The position numbers were made by a program, and so were the translations under genes. Below are positions 12,421-24,111 of a DNA stretch of 64,000 bases, in pieces. The DNA is from Octopus sinensis (lineage: Eukaryota): contig NC_043012.1 of NCBI RefSeq assembly GCF_006345805.1, positions 37,138,001-37,202,000 of the forward strand. Direction: 5' to 3'. Under the pieces are notes generated by a model. The model was not told the origin of the DNA, did no database searches, and worked only from the letters and a program-made list of their open reading frames with translations. Within the stretch, counting starts at the first letter, position 1. Each line of letters begins with the position of its first letter.

Positions 12421-13452
12421 TAATAATAATAATTATTATTATTATATTTATATTTAACATTCACATTAAATGATGATGATGATGATGTTGTTGTTGTTGT
12501 TCTGAGTTGAAATTCTGCTGAGGACAACTTTGTCCCTTATTCTTTCCTGATCCACAAAATAATCACCAGTTGAACCCTGGGTTGATGTGGTCATGCTGAC
12601 AATGATGATGATGACAATGATGGTGATGATGACAGACTTCTTGAAAAGATTTCATTTTATTTCTTTTAATTTTTATAATTTTAGTTTTTATCCTTTTTTT
12701 TTTGGCTTGTTATGTCAATATCAACACCACCACCACCACCACCACTAACAACAACAACAACAGCAATATTCACAGAACTGGAATTCATGACAGGACAAGG
12801 GAGGTGGGACGGGCAGAGGAGGAGGAGGAGGAGGAGGAAGAGAAGACAAAGGACATGGACAGGAAGCACAGAAACACACTCAAGTAAAGCCATGTATATT
12901 AGTCATCTTGAAATTCTGTCCCCCCCCTCCCACCACCACCACCACCGCCACCACCACCACTACCACCACCAACAACCCCCCACCACCACCACTGCCCCCC
13001 CCACCACCACCACCGCCACCACCACCACCAACAACCCCACCACCACCGCCACCACCATAACCATGGCAACTATGACAACAATGCATGCTCAAACATTGTT
13101 ATGCTGTCACCTAACAAGGCACTGAACCCTGCCCCTGCCCAGCCAACAACTTGTCAGTGGTAGCTCAGCTGTCATCAAGCCCACCAATGATCAAAAGGAA
13201 GGCCAACCATGGCCACCTTGTCCTCCCAATGTACAAGAACACACAGACTACCTTGTCTAACCATTATTTTTTTACATGTTTCAATGATTGTGAAGGCCTT
13301 TCAGTCAAATAAACTGACCCTGGAATTTATATCTATATTCATCTTCAGTCTGGTACTTAATCTATTGGTCTCTTTAGCTGAACCCCTAAAGCACTGGGAT
13401 GTAAACAAACCAACAATGGCTGTCAAGCAGTGATAAAGGACCAACACAAACA

Positions 13453-13485
<33 letters not shown>

Positions 13486-13800
13486 GTCTTATAATTTAGA
13501 ACAAACACTAAAAGGTTGTCATTAGGGTACTCAGAGTTTTAAATGTCGGAGCAAAGAGCTACGATACATACTCGTCAGCTATCAATGGCAACAAAGAGAT
13601 GGTGCCTGTCTGAAGAGATTATGCTTAGAAATATGAATTTAATATTTAATTAATTTTGCTGTGTATAATCGAAACAGCTGTAAGGGATCATGATCAATTT
13701 GTTGCTGATAATAAACTCTTATTAACTTCACAATCTTCGTTTTCTTCTTTTTCCTTTACATGTGCACATATGTGTGTGTGTGTGTGTGTGTATAATTTGG

Positions 13801-14028
13801 TTAACCCTTTTGTTTCCAACCCGGCTGAAACCGGCTCTGGATCTGAGTACAAATGTTTTGTTTTCATAAGATTTGAATTAAAGTCTTCCACCAAACCTTA
13901 ACCAAAATTTAGGTTCATAACACCAGCTGAATGATAACTAAGTTATTTTACTAAATTCTTTGTTATATTTAAAATAATTGAAAACAACACAGAGCATCTC
14001 AAAATAAATACAGTAACAAAAGGGTTAA
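13801..14028. mobile_element. piggyBac-like MITE with both TTAA target sites
   Basis: TTAA-CCCTTTTGTT...AACAAAAGGG-TTAA. Partial or tandem relatives at ~37490-37680, ~37940-38110 and ~53600-54040. Confidence 0.8.
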
Positions 14029-14137
14029 GGTTATTTCTACAGATATACTATACAAATTATAACCAGTACAGATTTTTGCTACGTTTCATATCATTGAGAT
14101 GTCAGATGAAAACAGACAATGTGATCGGAGACACAAG

Positions 14138-14203
14138 TGGGTAATGAGCGTATATGCCATATTTCGGGGGTTGTTACCCCTTCTTCAGCACTCATACAGC
14201 CCA
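14138..14203 (-). ncRNA. Complete type I hammerhead ribozyme
   Basis: Minus strand TGGG-CTGT-ATGAGTG-CTGAAGA-A-GGGG-TAACAAC-CCCC-GAAA-TAT-GGC-ATA-T-A-CGCTCAT-TA-CCCA. 7-bp stem I plus internal loop plus 4 bp; 4-bp stem II; 4-bp stem III; AUA triplet. Confidence 0.8.
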
Positions 14204-14553
14204 TTCTCACCCCCGAACACATTGCTTATACAGTCACCGCATACAGTAGTGTTGAGCTATAGGATATACCGATTTACATATCTGTGTGTGTGTGTGTGTG
14301 TAGGGAGAAAGGGAGAGGTAGAAAGGTAGAGAAAGATACATAGGCTTAAAGCTTGTAGTTACAGATTACAGAATAAAGAAAAATAGAGTTTGCCTTTTCT
14401 ATCTCCATAAGAGCTCAGTAAGGACCATTCTTGTATTAACCTTGGATAAAGACATCGGAGTGTAAGTTGTCATCCATCTGAGCACTGCTCAGTGTTATCT
14501 GGACAATGGTTACTATACATACATACACACAGTATGTGTGTGTGTGTGTGTGT

Positions 14554-14584
<31 letters not shown>

Positions 14585-14717
14585 TGAGGTTATGTGAGGT
14601 AATGGTGTCAAGAAGACCTAACGGTGTCAGGTAATGCTGAGTAAGTGCTATGGACAGACTATAGTTAAGCTCCAGGTTCGGTGATGTTACAAATGAGGAG
14701 TCCAACGTAGGTCATAT

Positions 14718-15307
14718 ATTAGCCTGCACGTATATATAAAATTAACAGAATGAGACAAAAAATCCAAGGCTGTGAAAGATTTCAAAACATTTATAAAGAG
14801 AAGGTCTTACAGTTGTTTCCAAAATATTTTATATATCCCTTCAACAGAGACAGTGTGAGAGAATGGTTAAGTAATAGTTATTATAGCAAAGACATGAAAT
14901 ACAGAGTGAAGTGGAGGAAGGAAAATAGACATGTGATATGTATGGCTATTGTATCTGCAGTTTCATTATTTAAGCAGAATGGTAGATATATATATATATA
15001 AGTTTCCTGTACCTTGTGTGTGAGTTCCAGCTTATATATATACCATTCTGCCTAAATAATGGATCTACAAATGCAATATCCCTGCATATCTCACGTCTGT
15101 TTTCCTTCCTCCACTTCACTCTCTGTTTCATATCTTCTCTAGAATAACTATTGCTTAACCATTTTCTCACACCGTCTCCGACGAAGGGATATATAAATTA
15201 TCCTGGAAACAGCTGTAAGACCTTCTCTTTATAAATGTTCTGAAATCTTTCACAGCCTTGGATTTTTTATCTCATTCTGTTAATTTTATATATATGTGCA
15301 TGCTAAT
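14718..15307. repeat. ~590-bp imperfect palindrome of a Penelope pLTR-like sequence
   Basis: Arms 14718-~15002 and ~15031-15307 align along their full length. Each carries a degenerate HHR (14804-14851 minus; 15174-15221 plus). Confidence 0.85.
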
Positions 15308-15438
15308 CTCTTCAGACAGACACCATCTCTTCATGAGGCGAACATAACCCTTAACTGAATTATATATATATATATATATACGTGTATATGTGTGTGTGTG
15401 TGTATGTGTGTGTGTGTGTGTGTGTATAAAATAGTAAC

Positions 15439-15516
15439 TGATGAAGGAAGTGGAAGATAGATTTAGTATTAGTCTTTAAAGACTAATGCTAAATCTACCT
15501 TCCGTTTCCTTCATCA
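15439..15516. repeat. 78-bp loopless near-perfect palindrome
   Basis: Centre between 15477 and 15478; 39 pairs, 35 Watson-Crick, 3 G.T, 1 A.C. Confidence 0.9.
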
Positions 15517-15689
15517 ATCATTATTATCTCAACTAACACTGCAGAATTCCTGATGTAGATCCAGCAGAAATATACCCCAACCGTGGATGACACCAGGTAG
15601 CCCAACACTGTGAACATGCTTTACTCAGCACACTAATTCACATATACACATTAGACTGAATGATTATATATACATTCTTATATTCTTTT

Positions 15690-16158
15690 AGTTGTTTGAG
15701 AGATTTGACTGCAGCCATGCTGGAGCACCACCTTTAGTCAAACAAATGAACCCCAGGACTTATTCTTTGTAAGCCTAGTACTTATTCTATCAGTCTCTTC
15801 TGCTGAACTGCTAGGTTACGGGAATGTGAAAACACTGACATCGGTTGACAAACGATGGGGAGGGGGGGGCAAACACAGTCACATATATATATATATACGA
15901 AGGGCTTCTTTCAGTTTCCATCTACCAATTCCACTTACAAGACACACACACATATATAGATATATATATATATATATTATATTATATTATATTATACGAA
16001 GGGTCTTTCAGTTTCCATCTACCAATTCCACTACAAGACTTTGGCTGGCCTGAGGCAATAGTAGAAGATACTTGTCCAAGGTGCCATGCAGTGGGACTGA
16101 ACCTAAAACCATGTGGTTGGGAAGCAAGCTTCTTACCACACAACCACTCCTGCACCTA
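15690..16158 (-). mobile_element. SINE family A copy with internal duplication
   Basis: TACGAAGGG...TTTCAGTTTCCATCTACCAATTCCACT occurs twice (~15896 and ~15995). Confidence 0.8.
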
Positions 16159-16184
16159 TGCATATATATATATGTGTGTGTGAG

Positions 16185-16626
16185 TGTGTGAAATCTTCAA
16201 AGCCACAGTCGAACCAATTCTATTATATGGCTCAGAAACCTGGACGTTATCAAAGAAGCTTGAGAGGCGGTTGGATGGAACTTACACTTGCCTCCTTATG
16301 AGAGCTCAAAATCTCTCGTGGAAGCGCCGTCCAACCAAAATGCAAATATATGGGAAACTACCACCTGTGTCATCTCTTGTGAAAGGTAGAAGAGTCCAGT
16401 TTGCTGGACATTGTTGTAGAGCTGAAAAAGAGGTATTTCTACTCTTCTCCTCTGGAAGCCATCTACTCGCGATACCAGAGGGCGCACACTCTCCTACCCT
16501 GATGTAATCTCCAGGGATACAGGCATCCAGCAACAGGACCTCCGTAATGCCATGATGGGCCGTGAAGTCTGGCGTAGCATGGTAAATTCCATTGTTTCAA
16601 CCACGGTCGAACAATGATGATGATGA
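16185..16626 (+). mobile_element. RTE-clade LINE 3' end
   Basis: IFKATVEPILLYGSETWTLSKKLERRLDGTYTCLLMRAQNLSWK...RRVQFAGHCCR (LLYGSETW and xAGHxxR motifs), followed by a (GAT)n tail. Confidence 0.85.
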
Positions 16627-18404
16627 TGTGTGTGTATGTGATAGTTTTTCATATATTCCATCAACCAAATTCACTCACAACATATAGGCCAACCTAGGGC
16701 TAAATTGAAGGACACTTGACCAAGGTGTTGTGCAGTGGGACTGAACCTAAAACGGTGTGGTTGCAAAACAAACTTCCTAATCACACAGCCACAGCTGTGC
16801 CAATATAATTTTGGAAGACAGAAAGGTGTGACTTGAAGGAAATACATGTGCCATTTTTAGCAGGTCAAGAGGCGACATTGAGAGTCCCACGTTGGCTTGG
16901 ACACCTCAAGTTGACAAGGAATGAGTCAGTCTTGGAATGAGAAATATAAGGAAATTGGTGAGTGATTTGGAGTCTTTGGTATTGGCGCCATTGAATCATT
17001 ATTTCAGACGTGACAATGACTGGGTCTCTGTTTCTTTGGAGACATGGTGAGATCATTAAATACACACACTCTCTCTCACACACATTCACACACAGAATCA
17101 CACACACACACATTCACACACAGAATCACACACACACATCCACACACTGAATCACAGACACTTAGATACACATACACACACAAACATATAGTAAAATAGT
17201 CATATACACATACAAACATTGACACACAGTCTGACACACTCACACACACACAAATTCACACACATACACACAAAGACAGAATCACACACACAAAGACGTG
17301 CATACACACACAAAGACACAGTAACACACAGTCATATACACACAAACACTAACACAGTCTTGCACATACACACACACAACACACACACACATTAACACAC
17401 AGACACTGACAGTCTCACATTCACATACATAAATGTACACATATACACATAAAGACAGAATCACACACACACACACACACACACTGTCTCACAAAAGAGT
17501 CATGAAGAAACCTCAATACAGTCGCCTGATTTCCTGGAAATAGCAGTCAAATGCCGTGTCTCCCCCATCCTTCCCAATCTCACCCTACAGCATCAGCACT
17601 AAAAGAGGATACATTGTAGTCCTACATATCCCTGAAAACTAAAAGGATGGGATGGTCATGAGTGGAGTGGCCTTAGTCATACACAGGACTTTCCACATTT
17701 AAACACCTACATAAACATCCACCCTCACACTCGCTGGAGGGGAGGGGCAGCTCCCATTCCATACATTCTTGTGAATAACCATTGACTCAATTATCAAATA
17801 AGTTCTATAAAATCATCAGTCATTAGTATCACCATCATCATCACCACCACCACTACCACCACCACCATCAACATCATTAACATCACCACCACCATTAACA
17901 TCATCATCACCACCACCACCACCATTAACATCATCATGACCACCACCATCAACATCATTAACATTACCACCACCACCACAACCACCATTAAAATCATCAT
18001 CATCACCACCACCAATATCATTAACATTACCACCACCACCACCACCAACAACAACAACAATACCACCATTAACATCATCATCACCACCACCACCACCACA
18101 AATTGTCAGGAAGTGATGGCTGACAAAGACACACAGACACATGACTGGCTTCCACACAGTTCCCATCTACCACATTCCCTGACAAGGCATTGGTCGGCCC
18201 AGGGTTATAGCAGAAGACACTCGACAAAGGTGCCACAATGTGGACTGAACCTGGAACCATGTGGTTGTAAAGCAAGCTCCTTATATGCATCTATAGACAC
18301 GGAAGCCAGTTAGCTGCTCTGGCAACGATCATGCTCAGATGGTGCTCTTAGCACCCCACAAGTGCCATATCTTTGTTTTCTCTCTTTGTTTTTTTTCTGT
18401 GTTC

Positions 18405-18440
18405 CTTTCTGTGGAAGAGCATAGGCTTGTAACATTAAAG
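18405..18440 (+). ncRNA. Degenerate hammerhead-like motif (CUGUGGA variant family)
   Basis: CTTT-CTGTGGA-A-GAGC-ATAG-GCTT-GTAA-CA-T-T-AAAG; GAAA mutated to GTAA. Confidence 0.35.
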
Positions 18441-18569
18441 ACTTTTTCAATTCCCAAGCATTAAACTAATACATCTGTTTGTTGTCTACACCACCTGTCT
18501 TCGTCTTTTTTTTTTTTTTAAATTCTCCCCTTATATATATATATATATATATAATATATATATATGTAT

Positions 18570-19290
18570 CTTGTGGTACCGTGCCGGTGGTACATAAGAA
18601 AACCATCCGAACGTGATCGTAGCCAGTACCGCAACGACTGGCCTCCGTGCTGAGGGCACGTAACAACACCATCCGAGCGTGGCCGTCCGCCAGCCCCGTC
18701 TGGCACCTGTGTCGGTGACACATAAGAAAACACCATCCGAGCGTGGCCGTCAGCCAGCCTCGTCTGGCCCTGTGTCGGTGGCACATAAAAAACACCATCC
18801 GAGCGTGGCCGTCTGCCAGCCTCGTCTGGCACCTGTGTCGGTGGCACATAAAATCACCCACTACACTCTCGGAGTGGTTGGCGTTAGGAAGGGAATCCAG
18901 CTGTAGAAACACTGCAGATCTGACTGGCCTGGTGCAGCCTTCGGGCTTGCCAGACCCCAGTTGAACCGTCCAACCCATGCTAGCATGGAAAGCGGACGTT
19001 AAACGATGATGATGATGATGATGTCAGTGCCACCCCGACTGGCCTCCGTGCTGGTGGCACGTAAAAAGCACCATCCGATCGTGGCCGTTTGCCAGCCTTG
19101 TCTGGCACATAAAAAGCACCCACTACACTCACGGAGTGGTTGGCATTAGGAAGGGCATCCAGCCATAGAAACATTGCCAGATCAGACTGGGCTTGGTGCA
19201 GCCTTCTGGCTTTCCAGACCCCAGTGGAACCGTCCAACCCATGCTAGCATGGAAAACAGACGTTAAACGATGATGATGATGATGATGATG
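18570..19290 (+). mobile_element. Two tandem copies of (GAT)n-tailed SINE family B
   Basis: Both end CCGTCCAACCCATGCTAGCATGGAAA..GACGTTAAACGATGATGATG (~19022, ~19290). The first has ~4 internal CACCATCCGAGCGTGGCCGT subrepeats. Confidence 0.8.
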
Positions 19291-19299
19291 TACATGTGA

Positions 19300-19740
19300 G
19301 GTTTCCAAACAACGATTTCTAACATAGATTCTTCAGATTTTGTTGGTTGTTTACAGGCGTAAATTTGCGAATGTAAAAATAATCCTTGTATCTGATGTTT
19401 TGTGAATTTAGGGAAAGGAATCGCATAAAACTCAACAATTTTGCTAAAAATGAAGAAGAGAAGATGTTAAAATATAGAAGAGAATTTTAATTCACGCAGA
19501 CGATCGTTTATACTTCTTGCATTGGAGAGTATAGAGATATATAATTAATTTAATTAATTTAATTTAATTAATTCTATTCAACCGTGAATTTGCATGATTT
19601 TAATATCTCTCTATGAAACGATCGTCAGCATCAATTAAAATTCTCTTCTATATTTTAACACTTTCACTTCTCCATGTTGAACGAAACTGTTGAGTTTTAT
19701 GGGACTTCTTTCCATAAATTCACAACACACCAGATACAAG
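19300..19740. mobile_element. Fold-back element with ~130-bp inverted arms
   Basis: 19385-~19515 is inverted to ~19612-19740 (GTGAATTTA.GGAAAG...CATAAAACTCA). A second copy lies at 42867-43330. Confidence 0.7.
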
Positions 19741-19889
19741 TGTATATGTGTGGGACGTCTTCTTACCCTCTTGGAGTTTTTAAGTAAAATCATACAAATG
19801 TGTCCGACTGATTAAATTAATTCTATTTATTCATTTATGCAGCTGAGGATAGCTCTGCATTTAAATTGGTGTAAAGATTGCATTATTCA

Positions 19890-20122
19890 AGGTGGTGAGC
19901 TGGCAGAAACGTTAGCACGTCGGGCGAAATGCTGAGCGGTATTTCGTCTGCCGTTATGTTCTGAGTTCAAATTCCGCCGAGGTTGACTTAGCCTTTCATC
20001 CTTTTGGGGTCGATAAATTAAGTACCAGTTATACACTGGGGTTGATGTAATCAACTTAATCCTTTTGTCTGTCCTTGTTTGTCCCCTCTATGTTCAGCCC
20101 CTTGTGGGCAATAAACAAATAA
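19890..20122 (+). mobile_element. tRNA-derived SINE family C (Deu/Nin-like central segment)
   Basis: GGTGAGCTGGCAGAAACGTTAG A-box, GAGTTCAAATTCC B-box, then GAGGTTGACTTAGCCTTTCATCCTTTTGGGGTCGATAAATTAAGTACCAG. The Deu/Nin label is from recall. Other copies at ~9280-9510, 24412-24640, 24655-24890, 26000-26200, 27755-27960, 40250-40480, 45400-45615, 46790-46990, 48560-48765, 49890-50020, 57660-57885. Confidence 0.75.
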
Positions 20123-20218
20123 GTCATGATTGCATTATTCAATTAAATGGAGCCTCTTGAAACGGTTGTACTGCATCACCTCTGGATATCCTGTTGCTTA
20201 TTTAGATCTATCTATCTA

Positions 20219-20267
<49 letters not shown>

Positions 20268-20936
20268 ATATATATATCTTTTATCTTCTTTATCTCATTT
20301 GACTGTGGCCATGCTGGGGCACCGCCTTGAAGAGTTTTAGTCAAACAAATCGACTATTGGACTTATTTTTTAACCCTAGTACTTATTCTATCAGTCTCTT
20401 TTGCTGATCCGCTAAGTTACAGGCACATAAACACACCAACACCTGTTGCCAAGCAGTGGTGGGGGACACACAAAGACACATACACATAAATATACATACA
20501 TACATATATATCATCATCATAGTTTAATGTCCGCTTTCCATGCTGGCATGGGTTGGATGGTTTGACTGAGGGCTGGCAAGCCAGAGGGCTGCACCAGGCT
20601 CCAATGTGATCTGGCAAAGTTTCTACAGCTGGATGGCTTCTGAGAGTGTAGTGGGTGCTTTTACGTGTCACTGGCACGAGGGCCAGTCAGGCGGTACTGG
20701 CATCGGCCATACTCAAATGGTGCTTTTTATGTGTCACCTGCACAGGAGCCAGTCAGGTGACGCTAGTAGGCTTCTTTCAGTTTCTGCCTACCAAATGCAT
20801 TGACAGGTTAAAGGTCTGCTTGAGCCTATAGTAGTAGACACTGGCCCAAGGTGTCACACAGTGGGACTGAACCCACACATATTATGTACATATATATGTA
20901 TATATATATATATATATATAATATATATATATATAG

Positions 20937-20967
<31 letters not shown>

Positions 20968-21014
20968 AATATATATATACATATATATGTATATATATAT
21001 ATATAATATATATA

Positions 21015-21049
<35 letters not shown>

Positions 21050-21586
21050 CTTATTGTTGTAAAATATTTCAGTCAACTGATCATAACAGAGTTATCTCCC
21101 CTGACAGTACATTTTAAAATTCTAAACAGGAAGAGTTTATCTGCTAATTGCAAGGATATTCTTAATTCAATGGCATTTTCCAACTCATTATAAATACTAT
21201 ACATGTTTGGCACCACAGTGCGTATGTCTAAAAATGCCCACCACACCTGAAGTATTTTCTTCGGGCCATATTATGGTTGCTGCTGTTCTTTAGTCCAACC
21301 ATGACCATCCAGCCTTTTCCCCTACCTGCAGGGTACCCAGAACAAGCAGCTGAGTCCGACGTGTCCTTTTTCTAAACTGGCAGAAATAGGGTGCTATCTT
21401 TTACCTTTAACTTGTTACCGTCATAGGACACTGGCCATGCTTGAGCAACACCTTGAAGGGCTTCAGTCAAACAAATGACCCCCACCCTCCACTACTTTCT
21501 TTTTTTTAAAGCCTGGTTCTTATTCTGTTGGGTGTTTTTGTTGAACTGTTAAGCCATGGGGATATAAACAAACCAACACTGGTTGT

Positions 21587-21987
21587 TAGGCATAGGAGTG
21601 GATGTCTAGTAAGTAGCATGCTTATGAACCACATGGTTCCAGGTTCAGTACCACTGCATGGCACCTTGGGCAAGTGTCTTCTACTATAGCTTTGGGCTGA
21701 CCAAAGCTTTGTGAGTGGATTTGGTAGACGGAAACTGAAAGAAGCCCGTCGTATATATGTATATATATATATGTGTGTGTGCATATGTTTGTGTGTCTGT
21801 GTTTGTCCCCCCACCCCAACATTGCTTGACAACCAATGCTGGTGTGTTTACGTACCCGTGCAGTTCAGCAAAAAGAGACCGATAAAATAAGTACTAGGCT
21901 TACAAAGAATAAGTCCTGGTGTCGATTTGCTCGACTAAAGGCAGTGCTCCAGCATGGCCACAGTTACATGACTGAAACAAGTAAAAG
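21587..21987 (+). mobile_element. SINE family A full-length copy
   Basis: Full head-to-tail match to the family; flanked by minus-strand partial copies at ~21410-21590 and ~22000-22210. Confidence 0.85.
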
Positions 21988-23637
21988 AGTGGTGGCAGTG
22001 GTGGACAAACACACACACACACACACAGAGAAACACATATATACACGATGGGCTACTTTCAGTTTCTGTCTACCAAATCCACTCACAGGGCCTTGGTTGA
22101 CTCGGAGTTATAGAAGAAGATACTTAATCAAGGTGCTGTGCAGTGGAACGGAACCCAAGTGTGTCTGATTGGGAAACAATCTTCTTAACCACACAGCCAT
22201 GCCTGCTCCTATAGCCATGCTTGTGCTTATGCGAGGGAATTTTAGCTGCTATTTCTAGCAGGCCAAACTACCACAAGCAAGAGAGAGAGAGAATGGAGAC
22301 TCCCTCCTTGATGGTGACTGGTCAGCCATCTTGTTAATACACACTTAATGACGGACAGGTAAATAAACACAAGTTTACCTGAGAGACTATTTTAATAAGG
22401 TGAAGGTGTCTCCCTGGTTGTGTTGTCTGTCAGACACAACCAAGGGACAGAAGCACCCCCTCCCGGAGGGAGGGAGGCCCTAGTGATTAGTAGTATAAGT
22501 AGTAGTAGTAGCAACAGCAGCAGTAGTATATCCACCCCTCTTTCCACCAACTCCAAATCAGCCCCTGAACCAAGACAGACCTATCATCCAAGCTATTCCA
22601 GCCTTGACCAAAATCCTCTGATTTTTTTTTTTTTACCTCTAAAAGGCATTGTGTACCTCGGGTTACATAATCCAATGTGCTTTTTTTCATTATCGTTATC
22701 TTCGGTTTTTTTTTTTTCAAAAACAAAAATGAAAAAAGAAGGGTAGCAGGATGTAATTTGATGTAAATCTGGCTGCTACTTTTAGCAAGTCGACCGACCA
22801 CATACGGGCCTTCCTTTCCCTATTCAGGCAGTAGTGGCGGTGGTGGTGGCGACGATTGTACAGGTGGTGGTAGCAACAGCAGGTAATATATCAACAAGAG
22901 TACCTGTAACCACAGCAGCAGCAGCAGCAGCGGCGGCGGCGGCGGCAGTAGTAGTAGTAGTCGTGGTGTTGGTGGTGTTGATGCTAGTAGTGGTGGTAGT
23001 AATAGTAATAGTAGCAATGGTGATAGTAGTAGTAGTATTAGTAGTAGTAACATCATTAACAATGATAAAAGAAAAGCCAGAGGAGCAACAGTTGTAGCCA
23101 CAGTAGTAGTAGCAGTAGTAGTAGTGGTGGTGGTGTTGGTGGTGGTGGTGGTAGTGGTAGTGGCAGCAGCCGTGGTAGCAGCAGCAGGGACAAACATTAA
23201 TTGTTCAAATACGATGACTCATTCACTTTCCCCAAATATCTCCCCCTCCACCTCCTCCCCTCCTTCCACCACCACCGCCGCCGTCGCCGTCGCCGTCATA
23301 ACTATTAAACCTTACTCTCGTCTTCTCTCCCTCCTCCCTCCCCATCCTTCCTCTCACTATCTCCTTTTACCATTCAGGTTTTCTAGTCAACCTTGATAAG
23401 CTAACGTCAGCATGTTGCTGTTAGTGTCAGCCGCACGCGCGCACACATACACACGCATAACAGGTTTGTTGATAGAGAGAGAGAGGGAGCAAGAGGGAGA
23501 GAGAGAGAGAGAGAGAGTGAGGTGGAGAGAAAGAGAAAGGGTAAGAGAAAGGGTAAGAGAGAGACAGGTAACAACAATGCCCTTGTGTACAACTGAATAT
23601 CCTCCTCTCATATAAATAACACCAACTGCTGTGACCT

Positions 23638-24111
23638 GGAGTCACACCAACGTTGCCCCTACATGGTCCATCGACCAGCTAGAAATGGCAGTCGTATCGC
23701 CTCGAAATCACTGCTACGGTCTTAGATAAAGCAAAAATTGGATAATAAGAGTAGTCCTCGATATCACTAAGATTGGGCGGGTATGGTTGGAATGGGAGTC
23801 ACATCAAGGGAGCTTCTACATGGTCGATCGACCAGCTAGATATAGCAGCCATATGCCTCCCTCCAATCACACCTGCTGTCTTAGATAAAGGGAAAATTGG
23901 ATAATAAAATGTAGCCCTGGATTTAAGATTGGACGGGCATGGTTGGAATGGGAGTCACATCGAGGGAGCTTCTACATGGTCGATGGACCAGCTAGATATA
24001 GCAGCCATATGTCTCCCTCCAATCACACCTGCTGTCTTAGATAAAGGAAAACTTGGGTAATAAATGTAGTCCTGGATACCATTAAGATTGGATGGGCATG
24101 GTTGGAATGGG
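23638..24111. repeat. Three tandem ~157-bp copies of a dispersed-repeat segment
   Basis: TACATGGTC recurs at 23660, 23817 and 23973. Related single copies at ~17490-17700 and ~59810-60110. Confidence 0.85.

Noticed and set aside
14440-14497. Possible 58-nt minus-strand exon (ITLSSAQMDDNLHSDVFIQ)
   Set aside because: Weak donor (GTTAAT), no recognisable protein and no neighbouring compatible exons.
13595-15330. 27-bp inverted match (AAGAGATGGTGCCTGTCTGAAGAGATTA / TAATCTCTTCAGACAGACACCATCTCTT) about 1.7 kb apart
   Set aside because: Real similarity, but I could not find TSDs or extend it into TIRs of a single element; left unassigned.
16864-17046. Cluster of splice-like signals (TTTTTAGCAG, GTGAGT, TTATTTCAG, GTGAGA)
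   Set aside because: The first putative exon has stops in all three frames and the implied intron is only 50 nt; unsupported without RNA data.
18466-19237. ORFs such as MGWTVQLGSGKPEGCTRPVRS... and MPKVPRSGTEPGTMWL... that recur across the window
   Set aside because: These are recurrent translations of non-coding SINE families A and B, with scattered stops between copies.
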